Part shown: positions 25,651 through 37,616 of the stretch, one piece after another
Numbering within the stretch: position 1 is the stretch's first letter
How the letters are laid out: every line of letters starts with the position of its first letter
DNA from: Vermamoeba vermiformis
Lineage: Eukaryota
DNA length: 64,000 nt
Reading direction: 5' to 3'
NCBI GenBank assembly: GCA_045837725.1
Contig: JBEWZL010000300.1
Location: 186,001-250,000, forward strand
Notes under the pieces: model-generated
Told to the model about the DNA's origin: nothing
Databases searched by the model: none
Seen by the model: only the letters and a program-made list of their open reading frames with translations
Made by a program: the position numbers and the translations under genes

Positions 25651-28252
25651 ATGCGCTACTGCTACGTGCTCGTGCTGGTGCTTTCAATTATTGTACCTAC
25701 GATCCAGTGCGTCGATTGGGCAAATCTTACTGCAGTGGAATTATCATGGTTATCACCGTCAGAATTTTTAAATATTACTGCCCAAGAATTAGGTTCAATT
25801 CCTGCGCCTGTAAGTCATTTTGAAATTGATCTAAGAAAAATGTCCCGAAGTTTTGATAAATCCATCCCTAGTATTATTGCCCAAAGTTATTAACGGGTTT
25901 ACTAGGCGATGAAGAGCTTGAGTAGCGAGCAAATCAAAATGATTCCGTTCAGCGAGGCGAGTGGATTCACCGAAGATCAACTTTCCAATATAGGGCCATT
26001 CGAGTGTGGTGGATTCAACGAGTCTCATATATTGTACATCACTCCGCAAGCTTTCGGAGGATTTAGCTACCGGTGCATTGATCAGTGGACGCAACAAGTG
26101 TTTAACGCGATTTCAAAGGATCAAGTGAGCCATTTCTCAAATTCAATTTGCTGGGGTACGCATTATCTATTATAGTGCTTAACTTGGTAACTAACGATAT
26201 AACGACAAGATATTTCGGTGAAACGGATTTGGTGGTTGAAAACGGATGCGATCAGTGGATTCACCGCTGAATGTGTGAAGAGTTTGCAATACTGCGATGG
26301 TTTCAATAGCACATTATTTAGCTTATTATCCCCAGACGCTATATCGGGCTTGGACATAATCAGTTTCGCCCAGGCACCTCACGACATTTTCAGTCTCGCA
26401 TCTGCAGTACAGATGTCGAACTTGTCACCAACAATCTGCGCTGCCCTCGACAGCACTTACATCACGCACATCAACTACAATGCCGTATCAGGCTTGACAC
26501 CACAGTGCGTTGTGAATTTGACTGCTAACGCGTGTCAAGCGATGAATGGCACGTGGTTGTCGCACATGGCACTAGACAGCGTGACAGCACTGACAGCACA
26601 GTGTATTGCGAGTGTTCCTCCGAGCTCTGATTTGCAGCTGCTCAATGGTGATTTCTTTCACGCGTTGGATCCGTTGTCGTGTTCGAGCTGGTCTGCGGCA
26701 CAATCAATGTACTTCACGGCTAAGGCAGCCAGTGGCATTACTCCTCAGTGCCTTGGAAATTTCACGACACAGAGACCAGGCGGCGCGTGCAGTGGACTGA
26801 CAGCAGGATTCATCAGCGGACTCTCAGCCACGTCATTCAATGCTTTCACCGAGGATTGCATTCATTCTGTTGCTCCTAGCGCGTTCAAAGACATAACACG
26901 TGACCAGTTGCAAGGCATCAACTCGGCCTTATGCAGTGCATTCTCGCTTGAACAAGTGAGCATGTTCCCATCAACAGCTGGCTCAGGAATGCAAGCACAA
27001 TGTCTCGAACAATTGACTGCTTCCAATCACGGTGCTTGTGCCGGTCTGCAAGGTGAATTTGTGGCGCATATGAAGCCTGCAACATTCAAAGGACTCACAG
27101 CTGAGTGCGTGCGACCCATGTACTCGACTATCTTTTCATTGATCTCGGCCCAACAAGTCGAAAATATTCCTGTCACTACCTTCAGTGCACTGTCTGACAC
27201 GCAAATCGACGCACTTACGAATGACGCTATTCAAGGGGCTACGTTAGAGCAGTTAAAACACGTGTCTAACTCAGGCTTTGACGGCTTTACCATGGCACAT
27301 TTGGTGATCATTATTCGCAAGTACGGACTTGACTTAGTGCCTGCTTGGACAGTTGAACAAACGAGGACTTCGAAGGTCTACGAAATTTCGCGTAAGTAAC
27401 ATATGTCTAAATATGGTAATACTTACACCGAAATATTTAGACTTCAAGGATTTGGTGAACAAGGATAACTTCGCTAAATTAGTGTCGTGGGACGACTTTT
27501 CGAGCAACGTGTCACGTGCTACTTGGGTGATGATTGCTCTGCTCAAAGACGATCCCAAGCCCAGATTGGACTCCAAAGTGATCCAAGCCCTCGCTCCTTC
27601 TGCAATTGCCGGTCTTCGTGCATACCATATCGAGCTGATTGCTGGCAAGGACTTCGAGGCCTTCACACCATTGCAAGGCCTGTGGTTCACCGACGACCAA
27701 GTGTCAGTCTTCACCGCAGCCCAGTTGAGAAATATGGCCGCAAAGACCTTTGGCGCACTGAACTTCATGGTCATCAGCAGCCTCCCTGCCGAGCTGATTT
27801 CGGCACTGTCAATCGAGAAGGTTCAAGAATTGCCTGCATTGAACATTGAATACATGACCTGCGACCAACTCAAGTCCTTCAATCGAGATCAAACTTCGTA
27901 CTTCAATCTCGAACAACAAGTGGCCTATGACACTACTGTAAGTCTCAAATACTTATTATTGTCACTAACTTATGACCACTCACAGAGCAAGCAATGCAAG
28001 AACGGTGATTTGTTGATTCCAATGACTGAGAACGAGCCGTATTCTGAAGCCACAAGTACGTTATTGTTGTTATTAGATGTGACAGCTATTGACTAGTCCT
28101 TTCTAGCGATTGTGTTGCTGACTATGGCCGGCGTCATCGTCGTTACATTCATTATTGCGGTCATTATCTGGGGTGTGCAGCGAAGACGAAGAGCGGCTGA
28201 AGAAAACATCGAAAGTGACGAGCGCAAGCCGTTAGTGGAATTTTCTTCGTAA
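25651..28252 (+). CDS. Type I membrane protein with Cys-containing helical repeats
   Basis: Signal peptide MRYCYVLVLVLS; ~24-aa repeats of type xxGLTxxCxxxL / xxxFSxEQVxxF; C-terminal TM helix followed by RRRR and short tail. Confidence 0.8.
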
Positions 28253-28338
28253 TATGGAATCGTATTTATATGAAAGAAGTATTTAGTACAATTTGCATAG
28301 ATGATAAGCAGTAATGATAAAATCAACAAAGAAACACG

Positions 28339-30079
28339 TTACTTATTCTTTTGAGCGGCTTCGTTCGTCTTCGCGGCAGTTGAACTGTCAGCACTCTTTG
28401 GGGCCGTGAAAGTAGTGCCAGTGGGTTTGTCTTGCTTCGTTGAGTTCTTTCGATTCTTAGCACCAGCGTTAGTGTTGTTGTTGTTAGCCGCGTTGTTTTG
28501 ACCAGTTCGCTCTTTCTTCGGAGAAACAGAGGCTGCATTGGGTGCAGTGACAGTGATGGTAGCCGCGTTGTTATTATTGGTCTCGATATTTCTGTCAGTG
28601 GAGTGATTTGTAGGCTCTTCGGTGATGACAGGCACGCTGGGAAAGCCAATCACAGGTCGAATCTTTCTACGGCGACGGTTCAACAAGTTTCCTCTAAGAC
28701 ACTCGCATTAGTCATTCACATATCTCCAGCACGTCTATTCAATCGCCGTACCTTTCACGTGGCATCATATCACCCTCAGTGTCACTAATGCCAGCACCAC
28801 CGTCAGTGTCGTTGTCCGTGGCTGACATTTCAGTCTCCGTGTACATGTCAAGACCGCGAATACGATCAGTGACTGGTCGCTCTTTTCTCTTCGATCGCTT
28901 GACTGGCGGGTCAAACAACTTGAACACGGAGATGAGAATGTTGTTCGTGGGCGTGGTCATCAAGAACAGCGAGGCAGTGTTGACTGAAATGTGCCACAAC
29001 AGGAACACGACCCAAGGGCGCAACAAGCCATTCTGGGTATAGTCAGCACGAGGGACAATAATACTATGACTCGTTCATATGTTACAAACTTACTTGAGTG
29101 AAGAAGCCTTGGTCACCAGTGTTGGGATCAGCACTCGCTTGTTTGACCAATGTCCATTGAGCTTGAGCGTAGAAATAACCTCCCAATGCACTAAATCCAA
29201 TACCTGCATATTTACAAGTGTTATTGCGGCAAGTATTCAGACGCCGGATCTGTTTCGTACGTACCAATGAATCCGCTAATTAAACTGGGAATAGGATACT
29301 TCTCCATAAAGAACGTAGGTCCTTCTCTAACAAACAACCCTATCGTATATATATTAGTATCATATCCATACCATGCCTATGTATAGTAAAGAAACTGCGT
29401 GTAACAGCTCACAAATAAGGTCTCGGTACTTACATCCAAACCAAGCCAAGAGGACCAATACGTTTACGATGATAGTATAAATATTGACACTAACAAGTAC
29501 TTGATGGTTATCAGCTGTATCGAACAACAATACCGAGAGCATGATTATAACCATCAGATGTGGCACAGACTTGAACTTTCGTGGACGAATATCTAGATAG
29601 AATATGTACATGGTGTTGATAAGATGGAACATCATAACAGTGAAGATCCTAATTAGTTAATAATCAGTAAAAGACAGTCTTCATGAAAAAAGTAAAATGC
29701 ACTTCGACTACTTAAATTCTTAAAAATTAGATAATGCCGCAATAATAATTACAAATATTATTTATATCCAAATTTAATGCTGATTCGATGATATAAAATT
29801 TAGATACCAAAATTAAATTATTTGCAAACAGATGTTGCTTTGTTATTTCAAGATCACTACGTACCATTTCAACGCCTTCAATGAGATGCCCATGCTATCG
29901 AAACATATTCCACGAGTAGCACAAGAATAATACATGCTTGTAAAAGCAAGCACGAAAAAGCTGATCACTGTCTCGTGCGTGTAGCCTCGTCTAGCACAAA
30001 AATATATGCTAGGGAATAATATAACATTAGAGACTATTAACCCTATAGTCGCAATCCATGGTGTGTTGTCCGGATCCAT
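28339..30079 (-). CDS. TMEM8/PGAP6/myomaker-like multi-pass protein (CREST superfamily), degenerate motifs
   Basis: LIVSNVILFPSIY..RRGY..ET..F..AFTSMYYSC....IC; late FLLWHISV..ASLFL; low-complexity cytosolic tail. Confidence 0.65.
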
Positions 30080-30170
30080 TTTTGAGGCTCAATTGAAGAA
30101 TAAAAAAACAACGGACTTAGCCACCGATTTCATCAAAAATTAAATCTTTATTATTAGCATAACGTGTATT

Positions 30171-30638
30171 CTATACATAAGGTACGTCTACTCTCTTAAA
30201 ATACTTGCTTGAAGCTGCCAACGGTATCACGAACAGGCTTCCGAAACCGACGTTCAAAACAGCGTTCTGCCAATAGCCCATTGCAATTGATAATACGCTG
30301 TCGAGTACGAACCATATTCCTAGCGACAATACAATGGCAATCCAAGCTTGACGATCGCCAGATGTGAAGGTGTTTTTTACGTGTAAGAACATCTGTACGC
30401 TCCAGCCGACCATAACAGCGCCAAGTACGCCGTAGACTTGGTGAATATAGGTTGTTATCTCGGGCGTAAATGTTTGGTATAACTTTGAACTGGAGAAGAA
30501 GATCACGTTCCAAAAGTACTTATCCAAAACGCCTGGCAAGATAATCATGGCAAGACCAAATACCGCTTGAAATGCTATCGCAATGAGCAACCATTTGCGC
30601 CAGAAATTGATAGACGAGGCAACTGTCGTGGATTGCAT
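30171..30638 (-). CDS. Intronless 4-TM membrane protein, unknown function
   Basis: Four hydrophobic segments; YGVLGAVMVGW, AWIAIVLSLGIWFVLDSVLS, WQNAVLN. Confidence 0.7.
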   Translation of the reverse strand: MQSTTVASSINFWRKWLLIAIAFQAVFGLAMIILPGVLDKYFWNVIFFSSSKLYQTFTPEITTYIHQVYGVLGAVMVGWSVQMFLHVKNTFTSGDRQAWIAIVLSLGIWFVLDSVLSIAMGYWQNAVLNVGFGSLFVIPLAASSKYFKRVDVPYV

Positions 30639-30759
30639 TTTTTTTGGATTTGTCGTCCGATCTGTTTGTGAAAGGGTGTTGTGTTGTTTCTTTCTTTGCA
30701 TCGTTGAATATGTTGCATTTGTAGTTGCGACAGCCATGAATTTGACCGAAGCGCTCCTA

Positions 30760-31400
30760 AATTATCCGAAATTTCAAAAAGGCAATTACACCGAAATTTC
30801 TCGTCAGCTGATTTCGGAGTAAAGAGACAAAGGAATTTCGGTCAATAGCCATATATGGCACTATGGTGTTTGACCATTGCATCATTTTCTTCATTGTAAT
30901 TGCATGGACCGAGAATGAGATTGGTGCAACTGTACAAGTAATCGAGGCGTCAGATTGGGAGTACAAAATTTGAATGTACCGTTGATTTGAAGTGCTGAAT
31001 AACATTGATCAAATTTTTTAACTGCTGCATCTCGCTGAAACTGTCGTCTGTAATGCATATTCGCGTTGAATTGAATGACGCTGTTTGACGTTGGGGCCGT
31101 AAATTTATTCCCGTGCCATGCGTAGTCAAGAATAGACTCGTACAACGGAATGTCTAGTTGTGGGAACTGTCTTTCCCAGACTGTCTTTTTGAACGATGAT
31201 CTGTTTGCCATGGAGTGGTGACGGCTCGTCGTTGCTCGTTGAATGAACACTCCTGTGCCTGCCACGGCGTAAACTAGCTCTACATCCGAACTGCGGTCCT
31301 CTTGCCAAGTTATCTCAAATAGCTGTTGCCGCGACAATTTGTAGCGCAGTCAATGGCTTCAGTTGCAGTGAAGGCAAGGGTTTGTAATTGTATCATTTTC
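30760..31400 (-). pseudogene. Frameshifted, truncated copy 1 of tandem gene family
   Basis: Family motifs (PLPSLQLKPLTALQIVA, ELVYAVAGTGVFIQ, SPLHGKQIIVQK, WERQFPQLDI, NANMHYRR) are split across different frames. Confidence 0.75.
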
Positions 31401-31525
31401 TTTTATCTTACGTGGCGATGGTTGAAACTTACAGACTTCCAATAACCAAGCCTACAATGAAAATCAACAACTAAATGATTGCAAAGTACGCGCAAGGTTC
31501 GTATCGTACAAATTTCTTGATTGAC

Positions 31526-32870
31526 TTACCAATACTCAAACAGATCTATCGCCGTATTAAAGTGATAATCTCTCATTATTTCAAGCTGAACAGGGCAAGT
31601 GACTGGATTCCAAACGCGCATTCGAAACCACCATTTGCTCGCCATGCGCAACACTTGAATAGCAACTCCTTGAACGGCATTGTCTAATAGTGCGCTGTAC
31701 CTAATCGTCGCTTGGATCTCTTTGTTAAATGCAGCATAAACAACGGCACCGGGAGGCAAGTCTTCGCACTCGGCCAGTCTCGATGTCGCTTTGCTCGGAA
31801 AGTTGGAATTTGTCGGGGGTAATTTGCGTAATGTGCTGAACTCGTCAATGCTGTTGCCAACAAACAAATTGAGCATTCGCAAGAAATCAACAGGAGTGAG
31901 GGGCACAGGCACCTTCATTTTCTGTTGCAGGACAAGCAACTGTATGATGAGCGAAGTATCTAGCCCAAAAACTGGATCGTAGCTGCGAATTATAAGAATT
32001 AATGTCTTAAAATACCTGTTGAACATACGAGTGAACGTAGACAAGGCTATTTGCTGCTAATGAGTGAAGATAATCCGGCAACGCTGTTAGTGATAAGTCA
32101 TTGACAAAGTGGTCGATATTATTGTACTCGAGGGTGCATTCGTAGAGCTGACGAAGAAGTGTGCATGTGTGGGACTTAAAGATGACGTTCCATTTGAAGT
32201 ATTGAATAACGTTGAGAAGTGCTATTAGCTGTTGTATATCGTGGAACATTGGCTTTGTCAAAACTCGATAAACAGCTGGCGGTAGACGTGGAAACTGATC
32301 CCATAATGCTTTTGCTCGTCTATAGTGCATATTTGCATTGAACTGTGTGATGTTGTTTGACCACGGAGATTTGAAGTTGTTTCCGTACCACGTGTGGTCG
32401 AATATGGGCTCGTATTGAACAAGACGTTCGTTGATGCTTGCAATATCGTCAATAGGTGTGTTGCCATCAATTCCAACCTGTGCAGTTTTCGTGACCATGA
32501 ATCGTGCCCAAAATGACCAAGGCTCTCGCCTCTGCAGCACTTTCATAAAGACAATCTGCTTGCCATAGAGTGGCGACTGTGTATTGCTGATTGTTTGAAT
32601 GAACGCTCCTGTGCCTGCGACGGCGTAGATGAGTTCTACATTTGGAGTATCGTTTTCTTTCTGCCAATGTAACTCCGAAATAATGGTCGACGCAACAATC
32701 TGCAGCGCAATTAATGGCATCTCTTGAGGCGAAGGGAATGGTTCGTTGAGATCGACTTGTTTTTTGGCAAGGATCCAGTGAAGTTCTTCTGGCGTAATCC
32801 AATCCTTCCCACGACCTTCAAAAGTACTGCCACTGGAATCAGTATTGATTCTACCGCCTCGGATCAGCAA
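31526..32870 (-). CDS. Tandem family copy 2, unknown function (5' end unclear, may be degenerate)
   Basis: EPFPSPQEMPLIALQIV, ELIYAVAGTGAFIQT, NANMHYRR, PVPLTPVDFLRML; two ORF pieces joined by a probable intron ~31985-32034. Confidence 0.6.
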
Positions 32871-33042
32871 CTTTTGCTTTAACAGTCAAGGTTGGTTCTA
32901 AGCTCAGTAAACGAATTTGTCTTTAACAGAGCATTAAAGCAGGTGTCTACGTACAAGTTCGTAAGCTTGCATTTATTATAACTAGTCACATTTAAGTAAA
33001 TAAGCAGTTTCATATTGTCGGTGCAATGCCAAGTAACCGAGC

Positions 33043-34920
33043 CTATTCGAATAGATTAGCGATTTTTTTGTAACCAAAGTAAGCATACCAATACTCGTAT
33101 AGATCTATTGCCATAGTCAAGTCAAAACGCTTCATAACTTCACAATCGATGACGCCATGAGAAGACTGCAGCCGAAACCAGATCTCGTCTTGCATCCGCA
33201 ACAGCTGTAGTACCAAAATTTCTTTTGCGTTATAATAGTGCCTTGAGAACTGAGCATTATAATAAATCGTCGTTGCTAATTGTTCGTTGTATTCACAATA
33301 AATCTCGGTTCCTGGCGGTAGAGCGGATTTGGTTTTTGTCTGCATGCCGTTCTTTTTGAAATATTGAACATTGGAGCCAAAACGAAATTCTTTGTTAAAA
33401 TCTTCGATCCTGTTGCCAATGAGCACGTGCAGCATTCTTGCAAAATCGATTGGTGTGAGTGGCACCGGTAAATTCATTTCAGTTTGTTGCGTTAAAGACA
33501 AAGGAAGATCCATTATATCAGAATGCCTACGAGGTATTAGTGCAAGTCAAAAGTAAACAGATTTACGTACCAGTCCTGTCCTACTCCCCCATCTCCCGAC
33601 ACATACAAAATTCGCTTTGCTGCTCGAGATTTCATGCGTCCTTGAATTATGCACCTTTCATGCTTCCACGCGCACCTCGAGAGGATGGTCAAGTCGTGTA
33701 TAAGATATTCAACGTTGCCACGCTCAATTCTGCCACTGTAAAGTTGTCGAAGCATTTCACTCCCGGGTTGCTTGAAAAAAGTATCAAGTTTGAACATTTG
33801 AAGGATGTTGATCAATGCGTTCAATTGCACGGTATTGGTTGTCTTCTCTTGAGCTAGTGCTTGGTATACAGCTGGTGGCAGCGTCGGAAATTGGTCCCAA
33901 AGTGACTTTGTTCTTCGGTAATGCATATTCGTGGGGAGTTGCGTGAGTGCATCTGACGAGTGGCTCGTGAAGTCATTCTGTGAATACCAACAGTCATGGA
34001 CGATTGGACCGTACAGTTCGATATCTAGTTGCGGGAACTGCTGTTCCCAACCTGATTGCGTGTATTCATCGTACCATACATTCGCTTCAATGCCCAGTAA
34101 CATCGCCGTTGAAGGATCAGAGGCGCTGATGCTTGTTGTGAATGGGCCTTCCCTACAACACTCGCACACTCCTTCAGGCATGGATGCTAAAATCTTTTGC
34201 ACTAAGATCTGCTTGCCGTGGAGCGGTGACTGCTCGTCGTTGATCGTTTGAATGAACACTCCCACGCCTTCCACGGCGTAGATGAGCTCCGTGCATGAAG
34301 CCTTTTTGCCATGATACTCTTCCCATAAGTTGTTCGTATGAAGCATTATCTCGCAGATGATGGTTGCCACAATAATCTGCAAAGCAATCAATGGCATGGC
34401 TCTGGGCGAAGGCAAGGGTTCGTGGAGATTGATTTGTTGTTTTGAAGTGATCAATGCGACTTCTGCAGGTGTTAGCCAAGGCGAGCAGTATTCATGAGCA
34501 TTCGTATTACATTCTTAGTGATCACAGTGCGCTGATACTCGTTCTTCAACAGTTTGAGCATTGCAAAACAAGGCACGTTGTCATCAACGACACGACAGAA
34601 TTGGCGGGACACAAGTCGAAGTTCTTCGTCAAAAGGGGTCACATCCTCGCAACGGTCATCACAATATCTCGTTTTATAAAACTTAGTATAGTAGGATAAA
34701 ATAAGAGCTACGATGCCATCAGGAAGGATCTGTCAATAAAAGCGGAATTACTAAACAATTATTTCTATATAAAATTATTGGAAATTATTTCTTAAACTTG
34801 TATTCGCATTAAATGTATATTTACCAATAAATTATCGTTAGGTTGGCTTGACTCCAAGCGTCTCCGCTTTGTTCTTGCGTCCTGGTCCAAACTATCTTCA
34901 GTGTCCAGCTTCCTCTTCAT
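33043..34920 (-). CDS. Tandem family copy 3 with probable N-terminal NLS and F-box
   Basis: First exon MKRKLD..TKRRRL; then ILPDGIVALILSY...LRLVSRQFCRVVDD (F-box-like); body shares copy 2 motifs. Junction near 34510 is unresolved (possible frameshift). Confidence 0.55.
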
Positions 34921-35217
34921 TGGTTAATCAAAATCTAATTTTCTTCGAAGTTTTAGATGCGTTGTCTTCCACGCGGTGCATCGTCTAATTATTTTGCTCA
35001 GTGACATCCAAATTTAGCGCGGGAACAAATCAGGGTCCGGAGGCCAGGTCCCGTATTTTGCGTAATCTTATTATAGAGTAAGTTAATGAGCATTTATTAT
35101 TAATGAAACAAATGAAGCATAACCATGCAACTAAGTCTCGTTTTGAATCGAAAAATTCAACGCGATATTAAGACCTTAATTGCAATCATACGCTTTTAGA
35201 AACATAATATTCTATCC

Positions 35218-35748
35218 TTATTTGAATACAGCGTCGACTCTGCCTTCTTCGTTGATAATTTCAAGTTCATCCCAACCCTTAAAAAAATCTCGTTAGGACG
35301 AATAGAAATAAATAAAGAAAATATATTTGCGGTGCAATATTGCTGTGTCGGTTAATTAGGTAAATTATAATTAGCTCAAAAAATTAAAAATCAAGCGAAA
35401 TTCAAAAATAAAATCTTTGTTGTTTGACCGTTAATCGGCACATCAATATTAAAGATCGCTGTAATACATACACCAACGTATTGATCGTTGACGTGAACTT
35501 GAGGGAGTTGCTTCTTGCCGCTGATCTTGAACATGTGTTCTTTGTGATGCGCATTCGCGTCAACAGCGCAGTCAATTTCCTGAATATAATTATCATAAAT
35601 ACGGTTACTTAAGAAAATAATATTTCCAGCTGCGTACGGTGTATTTAATGCCGTGAGCATCCAACAAGTTCTTGATGGAAGTGATATTCTTCTTTGTTTG
35701 CAACATGCCAGTGGCAGAGGTCGAATAAAATACAACGTTCTTGGACAT
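35218..35748 (-). CDS. SH3BGR-like glutaredoxin-fold protein (3 exons)
   Basis: MSKNVVFYSTSATG..LLDAHGIKYT|EIDCAVD..MFKISGKKQLPQVHVNDQYVG|GWDELEIINEEG; no CxxC. Confidence 0.85.
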
Positions 35749-35852
35749 TATGTAATTAGAAGTAAGAGACTAGTGCTGCTCGTGCTGATAAATTGGAGAA
35801 TGAGCAAATTTTCATTTTCGTTCAAGTCAACAAGCGGAAGCCACAAAAAATC

Positions 35853-37524
35853 ATGAGTAAGTATTTAATTGATACATATTGTCATATTTCATACCTAGGG
35901 CAGTATTTGCGAAGGAAACCTCTGTGAATCCGCAGAGAAAAAGTTTGCAAGATCGTCGATTAAATTTGCCTGCGCTTGTAGTATAATTTAATTCTAACAT
36001 ATGTCGTGTGCAATAGGTCAAAAGCCTAAGGCGATAGTCGGTCAAAAAGGCGTCCAATACGGATTGCAGTCCGTCTTCAATATGGATGACGAAGAAGAAA
36101 AAGAAGAGGTGTACGATTGGAGAAAAAAAGTTGCGGAAGAAGCTGCAAAAAATCAACGCAAGGTAAGTACCTTTTAACAAAATTTTAATTATTATTCGAT
36201 AATTCCAAAAAAAAAAAAGAATTACTTGCTCAAAGCCAGATCCCAGCGAAAAAATTATAATTTATTTGGGTAAAAAGGCAATGTAATTAAATTAAGCGAT
36301 TTCGCGGGGATCAGATCTCTCGCTAATTTTTCTTTTTGCCGTAAACTATCCGAAAGGTGTACTAATATAGCATTTCTTTTTCAGAATACATTGGAAACAG
36401 CCAAAGCGCTTGGTGACGATCCCTTGGCCTTTGAATATGACGCTGTCTACGATGAAATGAAAGGTGTCGCGCCAAAACCAACAAAGCCAGTCCGAGGAGC
36501 TCAAGCTAAACAGGTATGTATTAAGTATATATTATTCTTTCGTAATATTCGAAATTAGCGCTATTTTGACGAAAACTACACGATGAAAATTTTGATGGAT
36601 CTTGTTGAACTTTATTGCTAACGTTTGTTTGTAATATTATAGCCACCCAAGTACATTGCCAATTTGCTTGATGCAGCTAAAAAGCGAGAAATTGAACGCG
36701 AAATGGTGATGCAGAAACAGATTCAGAAACAAGCTGAGATCGAAAAAGAATTGTTGGGCGATATTGAACAATTCGTAACGCCTAGTTATAAGAAAAAATT
36801 AGAAGAACAACGCAAATTCGAGGAAGAACAGCGAAAAAAAGAAGAGGCTGAGCTCGCTAGAACTGTTGAAGGCAAAAAGGATATGAATGCTTTTTACAGA
36901 AACTTTGTAAATACAGTGGCGCTTGGAGGAGCGAGGCCTGATGAAGAGAATAATAAGAAGGAGAATAATAAGGACGAGGCTAAAGATAAGAAACAAAGCA
37001 CATCTGGATCAGATCTGGATCGAAAATCAAGCGACAGTAGAGATAAACACAGAGATGATAGAGACAAACGGGACTCGCGTAGAGATTATAGAGATGACGA
37101 CAGAGATAGGAAACACCGCAGAAGTCGAAGTAGATCGAGATCTCGTGACAGAAAAAGTCGACGAGACAGATCCCGTAGCCGCAGCAGATCTCGCGACAGA
37201 TCATCACGAAGCGATTCGCACAAACGTCGAGATGATAGACATGGTCGAAGTCGATCACGTAGTCGTAGTCGCAGCGATAATGATAGAAAAAGAAAGCGCG
37301 AGGAGGATCCGAAAGAGAGCAGAGAACAATCAGGCAATAAGAGTGACAATACTAAGGGGGACAATAAGGAAGCTAGTAACACCGTCAGTGCCGAAGATAA
37401 GGCAAAGTTTGCACGAAGAAACGATGACGTAGCAGTATCTAGTGCCCGCGAGAGATATCTGCAACGAAAAGCTCAAATGGAAGCTGAGGCTGCCAAGAAC
37501 GCTGCGGCAAATAATGCGAAATAA
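35853..37524 (+). CDS. NSRP1: Nuclear speckle splicing regulator NSRP1/CCDC55-like
   Basis: DDPLAFEYDAVYDEMK, PKYIANLL..AKKRE, FVTPSYKKKLEE, RS/RD-rich region, SARERYLQRK. Confidence 0.88.
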
Positions 37525-37616
37525 AATTGATAAAATTTGAGTGAATTTTTATTTTGACCAAATCGTCGGTGCTCTCTGTAACAGTCTAAACCAATTTTCA
37601 ACGATTAGACAAAACA

